Shown: one piece after another, positions 10,031-18,215 of the stretch | Position numbering within the stretch: position 1 is the stretch's first letter | Layout of the letters: every line of letters begins with the position of its first letter | Source: a phage | Strand: one strand, 5' to 3' | Assembly: GCA_016389475.1 (NCBI GenBank) | Contig: GCA_016389475.1_3042.1 | DNA length: 64,000 nucleotides | The notes under the pieces: generated by a model | What the model was told of the DNA's origin: nothing | What the model saw: only the letters and a program-made list of their open reading frames with translations | The model's database searches: none | Made by a program: the position numbers and the translations under genes

Positions 10031-10777
10031 TTATCCTCGGATAAGTTTAAAAATTGAACAATTTAGCGGGTATCCTCTTTTCAGTTTAAGTTTATCAATA
10101 AAAGACAAGTTTTGATACCGCTCTACACCTTGAATAATTTTATCACACATATCATATTGCATTTCTGCTTCTGACAACTTTTTCACAATTTTCCAATCCG
10201 AGCCTTTAAGAAGAACGTTCAGTTTAACAACTTCAGCGCCTTCTGCTATGCGAGAACCATCAATACGAGCTTTAAGTGCTATAATCGTTAGCTTAATGTC
10301 AGAGGTCTGTTTTGATTTAGAAAGCTGAGAAATGTGTTCAATTCGATTTTCACGTTTTTTCTGTATAGCTTTAATTTGATTATAAGTCTTTTTGATTTTA
10401 GCCCATTTCTTTTCATCTAAATTTAGTTTATGAACTTTTTTCGCAGATGAACGGCCAATTCGCAAAGCAAATAAATCACGCTTTTCAATCAACTCTTCTA
10501 AAGTATAATCAGAACGAAATGTATTATACTTTTTCTTTACTGCAATAACATTCCCTTTAATGTATCCAATGTTATTATCAAAACGTTCTAATGATAATTT
10601 CTCTCCTTCAATACGATTATCAAAAGGTTCTCCTGAATAGGCACAAACTTTTTGATCTAAAATGTTCTTAATGTAATTGAAGTCTAAGTTAAAATCTTTA
10701 GAACGTCTTTTTGCAGATGCCTGAGTGTGCTCTAAACGACGTTTAATTTTACGAATTTGATTATTAGACAGTTTCAT
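10031..10777 (-). CDS. basic protein with degenerate HNH-like segment (248 aa), srd position
   Basis: ORF track; CAYSGEPF...SLERFDNNIGYIKGNV resembles C-x-Y-C-G...DRIDN-x-KGY-x-x-NV motif of phage HNH endonucleases but lacks second Cys pair; lies between dda.1 and modA. Confidence 0.55.
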   Translation of the reverse strand: MKLSNNQIRKIKRRLEHTQASAKRRSKDFNLDFNYIKNILDQKVCAYSGEPFDNRIEGEKLSLERFDNNIGYIKGNVIAVKKKYNTFRSDYTLEELIEKRDLFALRIGRSSAKKVHKLNLDEKKWAKIKKTYNQIKAIQKKRENRIEHISQLSKSKQTSDIKLTIIALKARIDGSRIAEGAEVVKLNVLLKGSDWKIVKKLSEAEMQYDMCDKIIQGVERYQNLSFIDKLKLKRGYPLNCSIFKLIRG

Positions 10778-10812
10778 ATTTTTCTCACATCTTACGGACG
10801 ATTGACTACTAT

Positions 10813-10842
10813 ACTATAACATTTTTACCTTAGCTTGTAAAC
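10813..10842 (-). promoter_or_regulatory. T4-type early promoter
   Basis: gtaaac 10837-10842, actata (TATAGT) 10813-10818, 18-nt spacer. Confidence 0.55.
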
Positions 10843-10899
10843 AACTTTATGTAAAAATGCTTTAAAACTTTCATGGTATAATGAATCTAAGTCCTTCCA

Positions 10900-11502
10900 T
10901 TATAGATTAAATCTTTCAAAATCAAGAGTATAGATAGTGTATGTTGAATACTTTTTATACTCATATCTATCTGCAATTCTAAATACACTTCCAGCTGGTA
11001 TCATTACTTCTTGTTCATCTGAAACTAATTCCATATTACGATAACGATGACTATCCGGAAACTTAAAGTTTGGATTGTATTCTTTACAGCGTAGAGCTTT
11101 TATAGCATACTCCTGGAAATTGAATACCATAGGAGCTTTGAATTCAAAAATAACCTGTGTGTTATACTCTAAACCGGAAGCAAAATGTAGAGCTATATTT
11201 TTATCATATGAAGCTGATACTACTTTATCAAATGTAATAATATCAATTCCTTGATTTAACACTTGCTTAGTCTCGACTGGAACACCTCTCCAAAGAGGTT
11301 TATCGTTTGGTTCCAAACGAGATTTGATTATTTCATTTAACCAAGTATGGTCATCTGGTTTGTTGGTAATACAATGAATTAAAAGTTCAATTTCAGATAA
11401 ATTAAACCCTTCAGAAAGTAATTCTTCACGAATAGAAGCACGCACCGATGCATCCATTGATTTTATTTTAAAATCTTTTAGTTGCATTACTGAGTATTTC
11501 AT
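10900..11502 (-). CDS. modA: ADP-ribosyltransferase ModA
   Basis: ORF track 200 aa; R (LWRG), STS-like (VSAS) and EQE (EQEVMIP) ART motifs. Confidence 0.85.
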   Translation of the reverse strand: MKYSVMQLKDFKIKSMDASVRASIREELLSEGFNLSEIELLIHCITNKPDDHTWLNEIIKSRLEPNDKPLWRGVPVETKQVLNQGIDIITFDKVVSASYDKNIALHFASGLEYNTQVIFEFKAPMVFNFQEYAIKALRCKEYNPNFKFPDSHRYRNMELVSDEQEVMIPAGSVFRIADRYEYKKYSTYTIYTLDFERFNL

Positions 11503-12122
11503 TCAACTACCTCAATATCATAAACTTTAAATGTTCCAAATGAATCGTGTAATTTTTCTTTTGAAATAGAAGTTATTTTATACTTTCCAATTGGAATCAT
11601 CCATTCTTGTTCACGTACAATCATCATTAAGTTATCAGTACGTTCTGAATCTAATCCATCAGTATCTTCATATGTATACTTAAATTCAGTATTAGGAGAA
11701 GAAAGTATAATATCGCTGATATGGTCAGAATAATTAAAAGCTTTATCAGTTTTTAAGCGAAATATTATTTCAGTGAAATACTCAACATAAGAAAAACCAC
11801 ATGCTGTGTGCAAACTAGTAGTAAATGAATCTACTCTGTTCGTTGAAAACACTTCTCCAACTTGTAAATCTTTAATGAGTTCTTTTGTCGATTTTGATAT
11901 ACCACGATATAGCTGATAAGGCGATTTAGTTAAATGCTTTTTAACGATTTTATTCAACTGCCGATGAAGAGCTTCATTCTTTTTGGCTTCCATACATTGC
12001 CAAAGAACAGACTGCTCAAAGTCAGTAAATTTTTCACAGACTTTTTTATACATATCATATTGAAAATCAACGCTTTCAGCTTTTATAGATAACTGTTCAA
12101 CATCTGCAAGATTAATAATCAT
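11499..12122 (-). CDS. modB: ADP-ribosyltransferase ModB
   Basis: ORF track 207 aa; LYRG, FTTS, EQEWMIP motifs; paralog of modA. Confidence 0.85.
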   Translation of the reverse strand: MIINLADVEQLSIKAESVDFQYDMYKKVCEKFTDFEQSVLWQCMEAKKNEALHRQLNKIVKKHLTKSPYQLYRGISKSTKELIKDLQVGEVFSTNRVDSFTTSLHTACGFSYVEYFTEIIFRLKTDKAFNYSDHISDIILSSPNTEFKYTYEDTDGLDSERTDNLMMIVREQEWMIPIGKYKITSISKEKLHDSFGTFKVYDIEVVE

Positions 12123-12148
12123 GATAGCCTCCGTATACTTCAGAAGCT

Positions 12149-12178
12149 ATCATATCATTGTTAGAAAGGAAAGTAAAC
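12149..12178 (-). promoter_or_regulatory. T4-type early promoter
   Basis: gtaaac 12173-12178, atcata (TATGAT) 12149-12154. Confidence 0.55.
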
Positions 12179-12189
12179 AACTTTTTGAA

Positions 12190-12372
12190 TTATTTTGCCC
12201 AGGGAGCCCAAGGCGGAGGGTCAAGATGGTATGAAGCTAGTTCTTCTAGAAGAGCATCTGGGGCTTCAATTCCATAATTCTGTAATACTATACGGTATTC
12301 TTTCTTATAATCACTAGAATCATTCCGGATATTCGTAGAATGATTATCTTCTAACATCTCAAATAAATCCAT
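12190..12372 (-). CDS. hypothetical protein (60 aa)
   Basis: ORF track; ATG start. Confidence 0.45.
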   Translation of the reverse strand: MDLFEMLEDNHSTNIRNDSSDYKKEYRIVLQNYGIEAPDALLEELASYHLDPPPWAPWAK

Positions 12373-12380
12373 ACTAATTC

Positions 12381-12851
12381 CTAGCGATAAAAACCAAATT
12401 GACGATTAGCTTCAATAATCTTTCTTTCTTCTTCGGACATTCTCCAGCGTAGTCCAACATCAAAATGAGCCCAGACCATCTTAACAAATGCATTTATATC
12501 TTTAATATCTTCAATAATGAATGTTTTACTTTTAGAAGGTTGGCTTGCTAATTTAACCTTATCATCTTCAAACAAATCAAAAAGGCTATATTCATGAGCT
12601 CTTTTATAACCTTTAATTATTAAAGCTTCAGAAGAAGAAAATGGAGAATCAGTATTATGTAGAATATCTTCAGTATGCTTTATCATTAGAATAACATTTT
12701 CTGGATATTTTCTTTCTTTTATATCTTTAATTAAAAAATCCGGATTTTCTGCTAAAGGAATAATTAATGAGCATTTTTTATCAAGTGTATTTACTGATTT
12801 ACCTTCTTTAGACATAAATTCTATTGAATAGAATTTTGCTACTTCAATCAT
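12381..12851 (-). CDS. hypothetical protein (156 aa)
   Basis: ORF track. Confidence 0.55.
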   Translation of the reverse strand: MIEVAKFYSIEFMSKEGKSVNTLDKKCSLIIPLAENPDFLIKDIKERKYPENVILMIKHTEDILHNTDSPFSSSEALIIKGYKRAHEYSLFDLFEDDKVKLASQPSKSKTFIIEDIKDINAFVKMVWAHFDVGLRWRMSEEERKIIEANRQFGFYR

Positions 12852-13008
12852 GTGTTTTCCTCTTGCCTACTAATGGACCATCAGGAATTTTATTTTCCTG
12901 AATATACTTCTCATTTTCTTCCATCATTTTACTACCAATTTTAAGAAGCAAATCTAAGGCTTCATTTGCTTTAGCCTTGGCCTCTTCTAACGTCATATCT
13001 TTGGTCAT
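12844..13008 (-). CDS. micro-ORF (54 aa), absent from ORF track
   Basis: Hand translation [54 protein letters not shown]; ATGA overlaps on both sides. Confidence 0.35.
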   Translation of the reverse strand: MTKDMTLEEAKAKANEALDLLLKIGSKMMEENEKYIQENKIPDGPLVGKRKTHD

Positions 13009-13208
13009 GATTTATCACCATAGATGTCTCTCATCAATTTAAGCGCTGAGCGCTCTAATTTCTTTTCTTGCTCAGCTTTAATCATAGATTTCATCCACTC
13101 TTCTGATTCATTCTGCATTTCTTTATTTGCTTGTTCAACCCAGCCATCATCAATATACATTGAGTTTGGTCGATTAAACCATTCAAATATTTTCTTTAGG
13201 ACTTTCAT
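13005..13208 (-). CDS. hypothetical protein (67 aa)
   Basis: ORF track. Confidence 0.5.
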   Translation of the reverse strand: MKVLKKIFEWFNRPNSMYIDDGWVEQANKEMQNESEEWMKSMIKAEQEKKLERSALKLMRDIYGDKS

Positions 13209-13677
13209 TCATTTTACCTAAAACAATAGTAGGAGCATCGTCAAATTTATGAATTTTTAGCAAATTTGGAGTTAATTTATTCCATAAAGAAGTAATAAAA
13301 TATGATAGCGCAATTTCTTCCGCAATTATGAATTTATTTCCCTTATCTCCCTTATCTATTTTCCAGTCATGTACTGAATCATATGAATAGAAGGACAGCG
13401 GTTTATTGTTATAAAATGCTTCACCAACATCAATATAGTTAGATTTAGTAAATGCTTGAATTGACGTAAATGGAGAATTTTGTACAGTTTCAATAATTCC
13501 GATCTTTTTAAGTTTTATTTCAACATCTTCTGGAACTGGCATTGAAATAAAATCTTCTACTAGATACATGCTATTGTCATATCTTTTGTCAATCATTACT
13601 GCTACAGTAATTGGAACATCCTTGACAAACGCCATACTAATACTATTAATAAACATTTCAAACAAAATTGCTTCCAT
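13183..13677 (-). CDS. hypothetical protein (164 aa from ATG)
   Basis: ORF track start is TTG; ATG at 13677 with GAGGA RBS. Confidence 0.5.
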   Translation of the reverse strand: MEAILFEMFINSISMAFVKDVPITVAVMIDKRYDNSMYLVEDFISMPVPEDVEIKLKKIGIIETVQNSPFTSIQAFTKSNYIDVGEAFYNNKPLSFYSYDSVHDWKIDKGDKGNKFIIAEEIALSYFITSLWNKLTPNLLKIHKFDDAPTIVLGKMNESPKENI

Positions 13678-13685
13678 AATTTTCC

Positions 13686-14018
13686 TCAATCACAAGATGT
13701 AGATGAACAACTAGAATCACAAGAACTTCCGCATGAATCACTTGCCCATACGTGAACAGGAACATTTGTATCATATGAAGAATTAGAACTTTTAACTTCG
13801 TTAGAAGATGTAGGTACTGACCATCGCCAAGGATTTTTATAATATTCTTGGGCTTCTTCATAAGTCATAGTAACTGCTTCTACTGTTCCATCTCCCATAT
13901 AAACATACTCAACTACAGTTAAAGGAAGGTAGTCATTTGAAATAGGAACTACACCTTCCCCAGGAGTCGTAGAGAAAAAATCCGTAAAGAAACTTTTAAA
14001 CCAATTAAAGATAAACAC
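13686..14018 (-). CDS. hypothetical protein with Cys/Ser-rich C-terminal tail (110 aa)
   Basis: ORF track; C-terminus ...[20 protein letters not shown]. Confidence 0.5.
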   Translation of the reverse strand: MFIFNWFKSFFTDFFSTTPGEGVVPISNDYLPLTVVEYVYMGDGTVEAVTMTYEEAQEYYKNPWRWSVPTSSNEVKSSNSSYDTNVPVHVWASDSCGSSCDSSCSSTSCD

Positions 14019-14224
14019 TACAAAAAACCTCTCTTGAATTCAACTTGCTTCTCGCCATAATCATATCGAATCTCTGCATTAAATTCGACAGAACCATCTG
14101 CGTACATCATAAATGAATGCACAACAACTTCTGTGGACCATGGCTGCAGTTCATATTTCTTCATTACATGTCGTGAAATGATAATATCTAAATCTTCATT
14201 TGGTTTAATCCAACGATTTAACAT
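14018..14224 (-). CDS. hypothetical protein (68 aa)
   Basis: ORF track; first gene downstream of promoter 14251-14280. Confidence 0.5.
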   Translation of the reverse strand: MLNRWIKPNEDLDIIISRHVMKKYELQPWSTEVVVHSFMMYADGSVEFNAEIRYDYGEKQVEFKRGFL

Positions 14225-14250
14225 AGTGCTCTCCTCTATAAGATAATTTT

Positions 14251-14280
14251 ATTATACCATACTCATTTTGGAAAGTAAAC
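14251..14280 (-). promoter_or_regulatory. T4-type early promoter with consensus -10
   Basis: gtaaac 14275-14280, attata (TATAAT) 14251-14256, 18-nt spacer. Confidence 0.6.
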
Positions 14281-14296
14281 CGGTAAAATGAAAAAA

Positions 14297-14314
14297 GGAC
14301 TCCCTAGGGAGTCC
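14297..14314 (-). terminator. intrinsic terminator after soc
   Basis: ggactccc-tagg-gagtcc hairpin followed on minus RNA by UUUUUUCAUUUU. Confidence 0.6.
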
Positions 14315-14322
14315 TTGAATTA

Positions 14323-14559
14323 TTAACCACCTATTTCTGTAGGCGTAAACATTGCAGCATTCTTAGTTTTCCAAGTTGCTGCATCGGAAACTACATCAGA
14401 ATAAGCTGCTTTTTCTGACGGAAAGATTTGATAATGAGAATCTGCAATACGGTGTTCATTTGAATATACATCAAATGCTACAGAAACTTCCATACCTTTA
14501 ACTTCTTTGCCTTCACCTGCTGGATGAGTAAAGGTCTTGATGTTAACGAAACCACCCAT
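14323..14559 (-). CDS. soc: small outer capsid protein Soc
   Basis: ORF track 78 aa; VNIKTF...VSVAF...HYQIFPSEKAAYS matches T4 Soc; AAGGAG RBS. Confidence 0.85.
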   Translation of the reverse strand: MGGFVNIKTFTHPAGEGKEVKGMEVSVAFDVYSNEHRIADSHYQIFPSEKAAYSDVVSDAATWKTKNAAMFTPTEIGG

Positions 14560-14590
14560 AATAAACTCCTTTATTGTTTAATTACAGGTG

Positions 14591-14598
14591 TATTTATA
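14591..14598 (-). promoter_or_regulatory. T4 late promoter TATAAATA upstream of soc
   Basis: plus-strand tatttata = TATAAATA on minus strand, about 30 nt upstream of soc ATG. Confidence 0.55.
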
Positions 14599-14600
14599 AC

Positions 14601-14741
14601 TTACAATTTAGCGGCTTTCCAGAGTTGTTCAATAATCTCTTGGTCTATTTCTTTAGTTATTTCATTACGTAATAAAGCAGTAAGGGCTTTCGCCCTTTTC
14701 TTATTCAACTTTTTGAGTTGACGTTTATTTAAACGAGACAT
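14601..14741 (-). CDS. basic micro-ORF (46 aa), absent from ORF track
   Basis: Hand translation MSRLNKRQLKKLNKKRAKALTALLRNEITKEIDQEIIEQLWKAAKL; start overlaps gene 56 stop. Confidence 0.3.
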   Translation of the reverse strand: MSRLNKRQLKKLNKKRAKALTALLRNEITKEIDQEIIEQLWKAAKL

Positions 14742-15259
14742 TAATAACCTCGGTCCTGACGTGCGAAATTTTCAGCATTTTTCAGGTAATAAAGTTTAAA
14801 GATTTCTTCAGCTGTAAGACCAAGACCCTGGAACATATTCAGAACGAAATGAAGAATATCAATCATTTCAAATTTAATTTCTAACTGGTCTTGCGGAGAC
14901 AAATCAGTAATCAGAGTTTCACGACGCTCACCATGCTGCGACTTCCAAGGTTTCCATACAGCAGATGCGTCTTTTTCACCATTACTCATACCACCAAGAG
15001 AAGTCAGAAGTTCACGGAATTCATCGTCAATATAATCTTTCTGATTACGCAACCAATCAACAACTTCACCGGCAGTAGCCAAGTCATCAGGATGACGATT
15101 ATATTCAGGTTTATCTTTAGCTAAACGAATTTGCAGAGATTTCTGCATGTCAAGCATTACCTGCAGCGGGTCTTTTTCATCACCGAGAATATCCCAATAT
15201 TCATTTTGAGCTTTATCAGCGCCTTCGATCAGTTGACTACATTCGTTGAAATGTGGCAT
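14741..15259 (-). CDS. 56: dCTP/dUTP pyrophosphatase (MazG-like)
   Basis: ORF track 172 aa; size and position match T4 gp56. Confidence 0.85.
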   Translation of the reverse strand: MPHFNECSQLIEGADKAQNEYWDILGDEKDPLQVMLDMQKSLQIRLAKDKPEYNRHPDDLATAGEVVDWLRNQKDYIDDEFRELLTSLGGMSNGEKDASAVWKPWKSQHGERRETLITDLSPQDQLEIKFEMIDILHFVLNMFQGLGLTAEEIFKLYYLKNAENFARQDRGY

Positions 15260-15295
15260 GTTATTTTTCCTTTCAATTCATGGGTTAGTAGATTA

Positions 15296-15320
15296 ATTAT
15301 ACAATAAATATATAAAGCAA
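15296..15320 (-). promoter_or_regulatory. putative MotA-dependent middle promoter for gene 56
   Basis: minus strand reads TTGCTTTA (MotA box), 11-nt gap, TATAAT. Confidence 0.35.
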
Positions 15321-15332
15321 TAAGGAGGACAT

Positions 15333-15533
15333 ATGGTACAAAAATTAATGGCACTTGTTAATGCCATAAAAGGTAATAAAAAACGTATAGCTTTTACTAT
15401 TTCTGCTATGGTAGGAATTTTACTCTGGAACTTTATTCTATCACCTGTTGCAATTGCGCATGGTATTAATATTCCAGTAGTTACTCTTGATACATTTGTA
15501 GATTTAGCATTTGCTTTAGTTGGGTTAATTTAA
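15333..15533 (+). CDS. small hydrophobic protein (66 aa) on the opposite strand
   Basis: ORF track; AAGGAGG RBS 4 nt before ATG; two predicted TM segments; fills the gap between genes 56 and 61; stop overlaps gene 61 stop convergently. Confidence 0.35.
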   Translation: MVQKLMALVNAIKGNKKRIAFTISAMVGILLWNFILSPVAIAHGINIPVVTLDTFVDLAFALVGLI

Positions 15534-16558
15534 ATCTTAGCATATTTAGATAGCCGCATTTTAGCCATCAACCCCTGGGCAATATTATTTTTCATATATT
15601 CCATAATTTGTTCAGGGGTTGCACCTTCCTTTCTAATCATATCATTAACATCTTTTGATTTCCAGGGAGATTTATCCCAAAACATAACCCTTTCTCCTGC
15701 ATCAACTAATTTAGTCATTCGCTTAATAGTGTCAGGATGACGAGGTTCATTATCTAAGACCCACACACGCCTATCTTTAAATGGAACAACTTCTAGGTCT
15801 AATTGACCACCCGTAATAGCTATACCATTTTCAATAAAAAGTGAATCTATAGGTCCTTCTAGAACATATACATCGCCATCTTTAACTCGTTCAACACCGT
15901 AAATTTTTGTTGCCTCAGGATAAGCTTTAATGGTGATATATTTTTGAGGAGCATCTTTCTTTAATGCACGTCCTTGAAAAGACTCAGCTTTTCCATTAGC
16001 ATTATAAATTGGAATAACAAGACGAGGCTCAGAAATTTCCTTTTTGTATGTTCCCGGTGCTATGCTATTAACTAATTTAGGCCATTCGGTTGTAAACCAA
16101 AGATATTTCCATTTATCCTTTGGAATACAACGAGCTTTTACATATTTTATAATTGGATGGTCTTCCGCCAGTTTATCTAATCTAACACACGACGGAAGAG
16201 ATTTAATTATTTTCTTCTCAGGTTGTTTAGGAAGTTCTTTAGGTTTTTCTACTGGACGACTTTTACCTTTTTCTTTTCTTATTTCAAAGATATACTCACG
16301 ATATAAATCGGGTTCAAACTCCTTTAAATATATTCCGATTGGTGCATGATAGTTACAGTTATAACAATGAATATTTCCTTCATTATTATCACCATAATAC
16401 CATCCACGAGCTTTATTCTGATCGGTTTTTGAATCTCCACAAACGGGGCATCTAAACCGCAATTTAAAAGTTGAACTATTATTTACTTGTGTGAATTTAG
16501 GTAAATGAGCCAATGCACGATACGCAAACTCATTATCAATCCAAGGTATTGATGACAT
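15530..16558 (-). CDS. 61: DNA primase
   Basis: ORF track 342 aa; zinc ribbon CPVCGDSK...CYNC and toprim region; length equals T4 gp61. Confidence 0.95.
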   Translation of the reverse strand: MSSIPWIDNEFAYRALAHLPKFTQVNNSSTFKLRFRCPVCGDSKTDQNKARGWYYGDNNEGNIHCYNCNYHAPIGIYLKEFEPDLYREYIFEIRKEKGKSRPVEKPKELPKQPEKKIIKSLPSCVRLDKLAEDHPIIKYVKARCIPKDKWKYLWFTTEWPKLVNSIAPGTYKKEISEPRLVIPIYNANGKAESFQGRALKKDAPQKYITIKAYPEATKIYGVERVKDGDVYVLEGPIDSLFIENGIAITGGQLDLEVVPFKDRRVWVLDNEPRHPDTIKRMTKLVDAGERVMFWDKSPWKSKDVNDMIRKEGATPEQIMEYMKNNIAQGLMAKMRLSKYAKI

Positions 16559-16560
16559 TT

Positions 16561-16725
16561 TTACTCTTCTTTTTCTTTAGATTCCTCTTTTTTCTTTTTA
16601 GGAATCTGTTCAGGACCTTTATTTACTACAGCACCTGACGTTGTTCCAGTAGAGATATTTTCAGGATTACCACCTGAATCTCCAGCAACCATATCTTCTT
16701 TAATAAATTCTTTATATGTTTTCAT
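16561..16725 (-). CDS. Lys/Glu-rich micro-ORF (54 aa), 61.1 position
   Basis: Hand translation MKTYKEFIKEDMVAGDSGGNPENISTGTTSGAVVNKGPEQIPKKKKEESKEKEE; fills gap exactly. Confidence 0.4.
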   Translation of the reverse strand: MKTYKEFIKEDMVAGDSGGNPENISTGTTSGAVVNKGPEQIPKKKKEESKEKEE

Positions 16726-16726
16726 A

Positions 16727-17368
16727 TTAACCTTTATTCATAAAAGCATTAAAAATTTGATCGTCAATAGAAACATTTACTTTAGACTGTTTTTCTGATG
16801 GTAATTCATATCCACATATTACAATTTTGTGATCAATATCAAAATACACAGAAGCAATATGATTAATGATGTTTTCAGTAAAGTCTAAATCAACATCAAT
16901 ATCTTTTTGACCACAGCCCAAAGGATAAATAATGCGAGTAATTCGATTATCTTTAACAAATATTCCACCGACATACTCTGTGCTGCGTTTAAAGTTTACA
17001 CGTTTCCTAAATGAAAAATATTCAGGTTCTTTATGAGCCCGACTCATAGGACACAATGAGTAGCTAGAATAAGAGATGTCAAATCCTACACCTTCAATAT
17101 GAGCCAACGCGTCATGATTAAACCAATTATAATCATATGCCAAATCCATTATATTGTAATATGTGAAAGGCACCGGATTAACATCATGTGTTGTACCTTT
17201 AAAATCTGCCCAGGCAACGATTTCGTTATCTTTAACAATTACAAAAATTGTGTCAATAAGATATCCACGGTTATTTTCATCAGGCGTTATATTATAACAT
17301 TGTGCATCAGGAAATTTACCGTATTTAAACGGTGGATTTTTGTGCATATAATAAATCATATTATTCAC
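16727..17368 (-). CDS. hypothetical protein (213 aa), 61.2 position
   Basis: ORF track. Confidence 0.55.
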   Translation of the reverse strand: MNNMIYYMHKNPPFKYGKFPDAQCYNITPDENNRGYLIDTIFVIVKDNEIVAWADFKGTTHDVNPVPFTYYNIMDLAYDYNWFNHDALAHIEGVGFDISYSSYSLCPMSRAHKEPEYFSFRKRVNFKRSTEYVGGIFVKDNRITRIIYPLGCGQKDIDVDLDFTENIINHIASVYFDIDHKIVICGYELPSEKQSKVNVSIDDQIFNAFMNKG

Positions 17369-17654
17369 CTGTGATTTCGGTTACGATATCTTTGTTATTA
17401 AAGTTTTTATCGCAATACAGAACATAATTATACTGCATTACACCACCAGACTTAAGTTGTTTTTGCACTTCAGCTTTCATTTTAGGACGATCGCGCTCAA
17501 CAATATTCATAATATCCGCTTCAATTTGAGTTTCAACTTCAGTCTGATCTGCAGTCATAGACCATTCACACAAGTCTTTATCATATCCTGCCATAGCAGG
17601 CTGAGCAGCACAAGAAGCCAAAGTAAAAATTGTAGCAAAAATAAATTTTTTCAT
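17361..17654 (-). CDS. sp: Spackle periplasmic superinfection-exclusion protein
   Basis: ORF track 97 aa; signal peptide MKKFIFATIFTLASCAAQPAMA; size and position match T4 Sp. Confidence 0.75.
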   Translation of the reverse strand: MKKFIFATIFTLASCAAQPAMAGYDKDLCEWSMTADQTEVETQIEADIMNIVERDRPKMKAEVQKQLKSGGVMQYNYVLYCDKNFNNKDIVTEITGE

Positions 17655-17682
17655 GATAATCTCCTCAGTAGTTTATGTTTAT

Positions 17683-17712
17683 ATAGTATCTCAATTTCCA
17701 ACAAAAGTAAAC
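17683..17712 (-). promoter_or_regulatory. T4-type early promoter
   Basis: gtaaac 17707-17712, atagta (TACTAT) 17683-17688. Confidence 0.5.
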
Positions 17713-17714
17713 AG

Positions 17715-17972
17715 CTATTTTAAAACTTCTGCATAATCACATGTTACAAACTGTTTCTCTAGCTTAACGATCTTACGAAAGTATCTTTTGCATTGACGAA
17801 TCTGCCGTTTCGTAGGACGTACAGCAAACTTAATAAATTCCACTCGACCAAATGGAGGGCTTTCTTCTGCCGGAATATCTAACACCAATTCCCACGTATC
17901 CGCAATAAGTGCTTTGAATTGAGTATTTTTCCTGACGTTATACGGAGTAGGTTTAAATAAAACAATATGCAT
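17715..17972 (-). CDS. hypothetical protein (85 aa from ATG), 61.4 position
   Basis: ORF track extended to TTG; ATG at 17972 has GAGGA RBS and abuts dmd stop. Confidence 0.5.
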   Translation of the reverse strand: MHIVLFKPTPYNVRKNTQFKALIADTWELVLDIPAEESPPFGRVEFIKFAVRPTKRQIRQCKRYFRKIVKLEKQFVTCDYAEVLK

Positions 17973-17973
17973 A

Positions 17974-18156
17974 TTATCCTCGGCAATCCACTTCGCACAC
18001 TTTCTTGTCATCAATGAAAGCTTTAACTAATGCTTTATTAACTTCAGCATATTGAGTAGTAGCCCATTGAACGTCATCTTTCATCATTGTGATTTCTTTA
18101 GTAAACATGCTTTCATTCTTAAACCACCCCATAAAAACTACCTTTACCAATTCCAT
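17974..18156 (-). CDS. dmd: Dmd antitoxin (inhibitor of RnlA/LsoA)
   Basis: ORF track 60 aa, MELVKVVFMGWFKNE...; matches T4 Dmd from memory and position. Confidence 0.65.
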   Translation of the reverse strand: MELVKVVFMGWFKNESMFTKEITMMKDDVQWATTQYAEVNKALVKAFIDDKKVCEVDCRG

Positions 18157-18185
18157 AACAATCTCCTCATTTAACCAACAAGACT

Positions 18186-18215
18186 ACTATACCATAGTCT
18201 TGTCAGTTTGTAAAC
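18186..18215 (-). promoter_or_regulatory. T4-type early promoter
   Basis: gtaaac 18210-18215, actata (TATAGT) 18186-18191. Confidence 0.55.

Noticed and set aside
13658-13861. Minus-strand 67-aa ORF
   Set aside because: Out-of-frame overlap with two better-supported ORFs (13183-13677 and 13686-14018); hydrophobic nonsense-like sequence.
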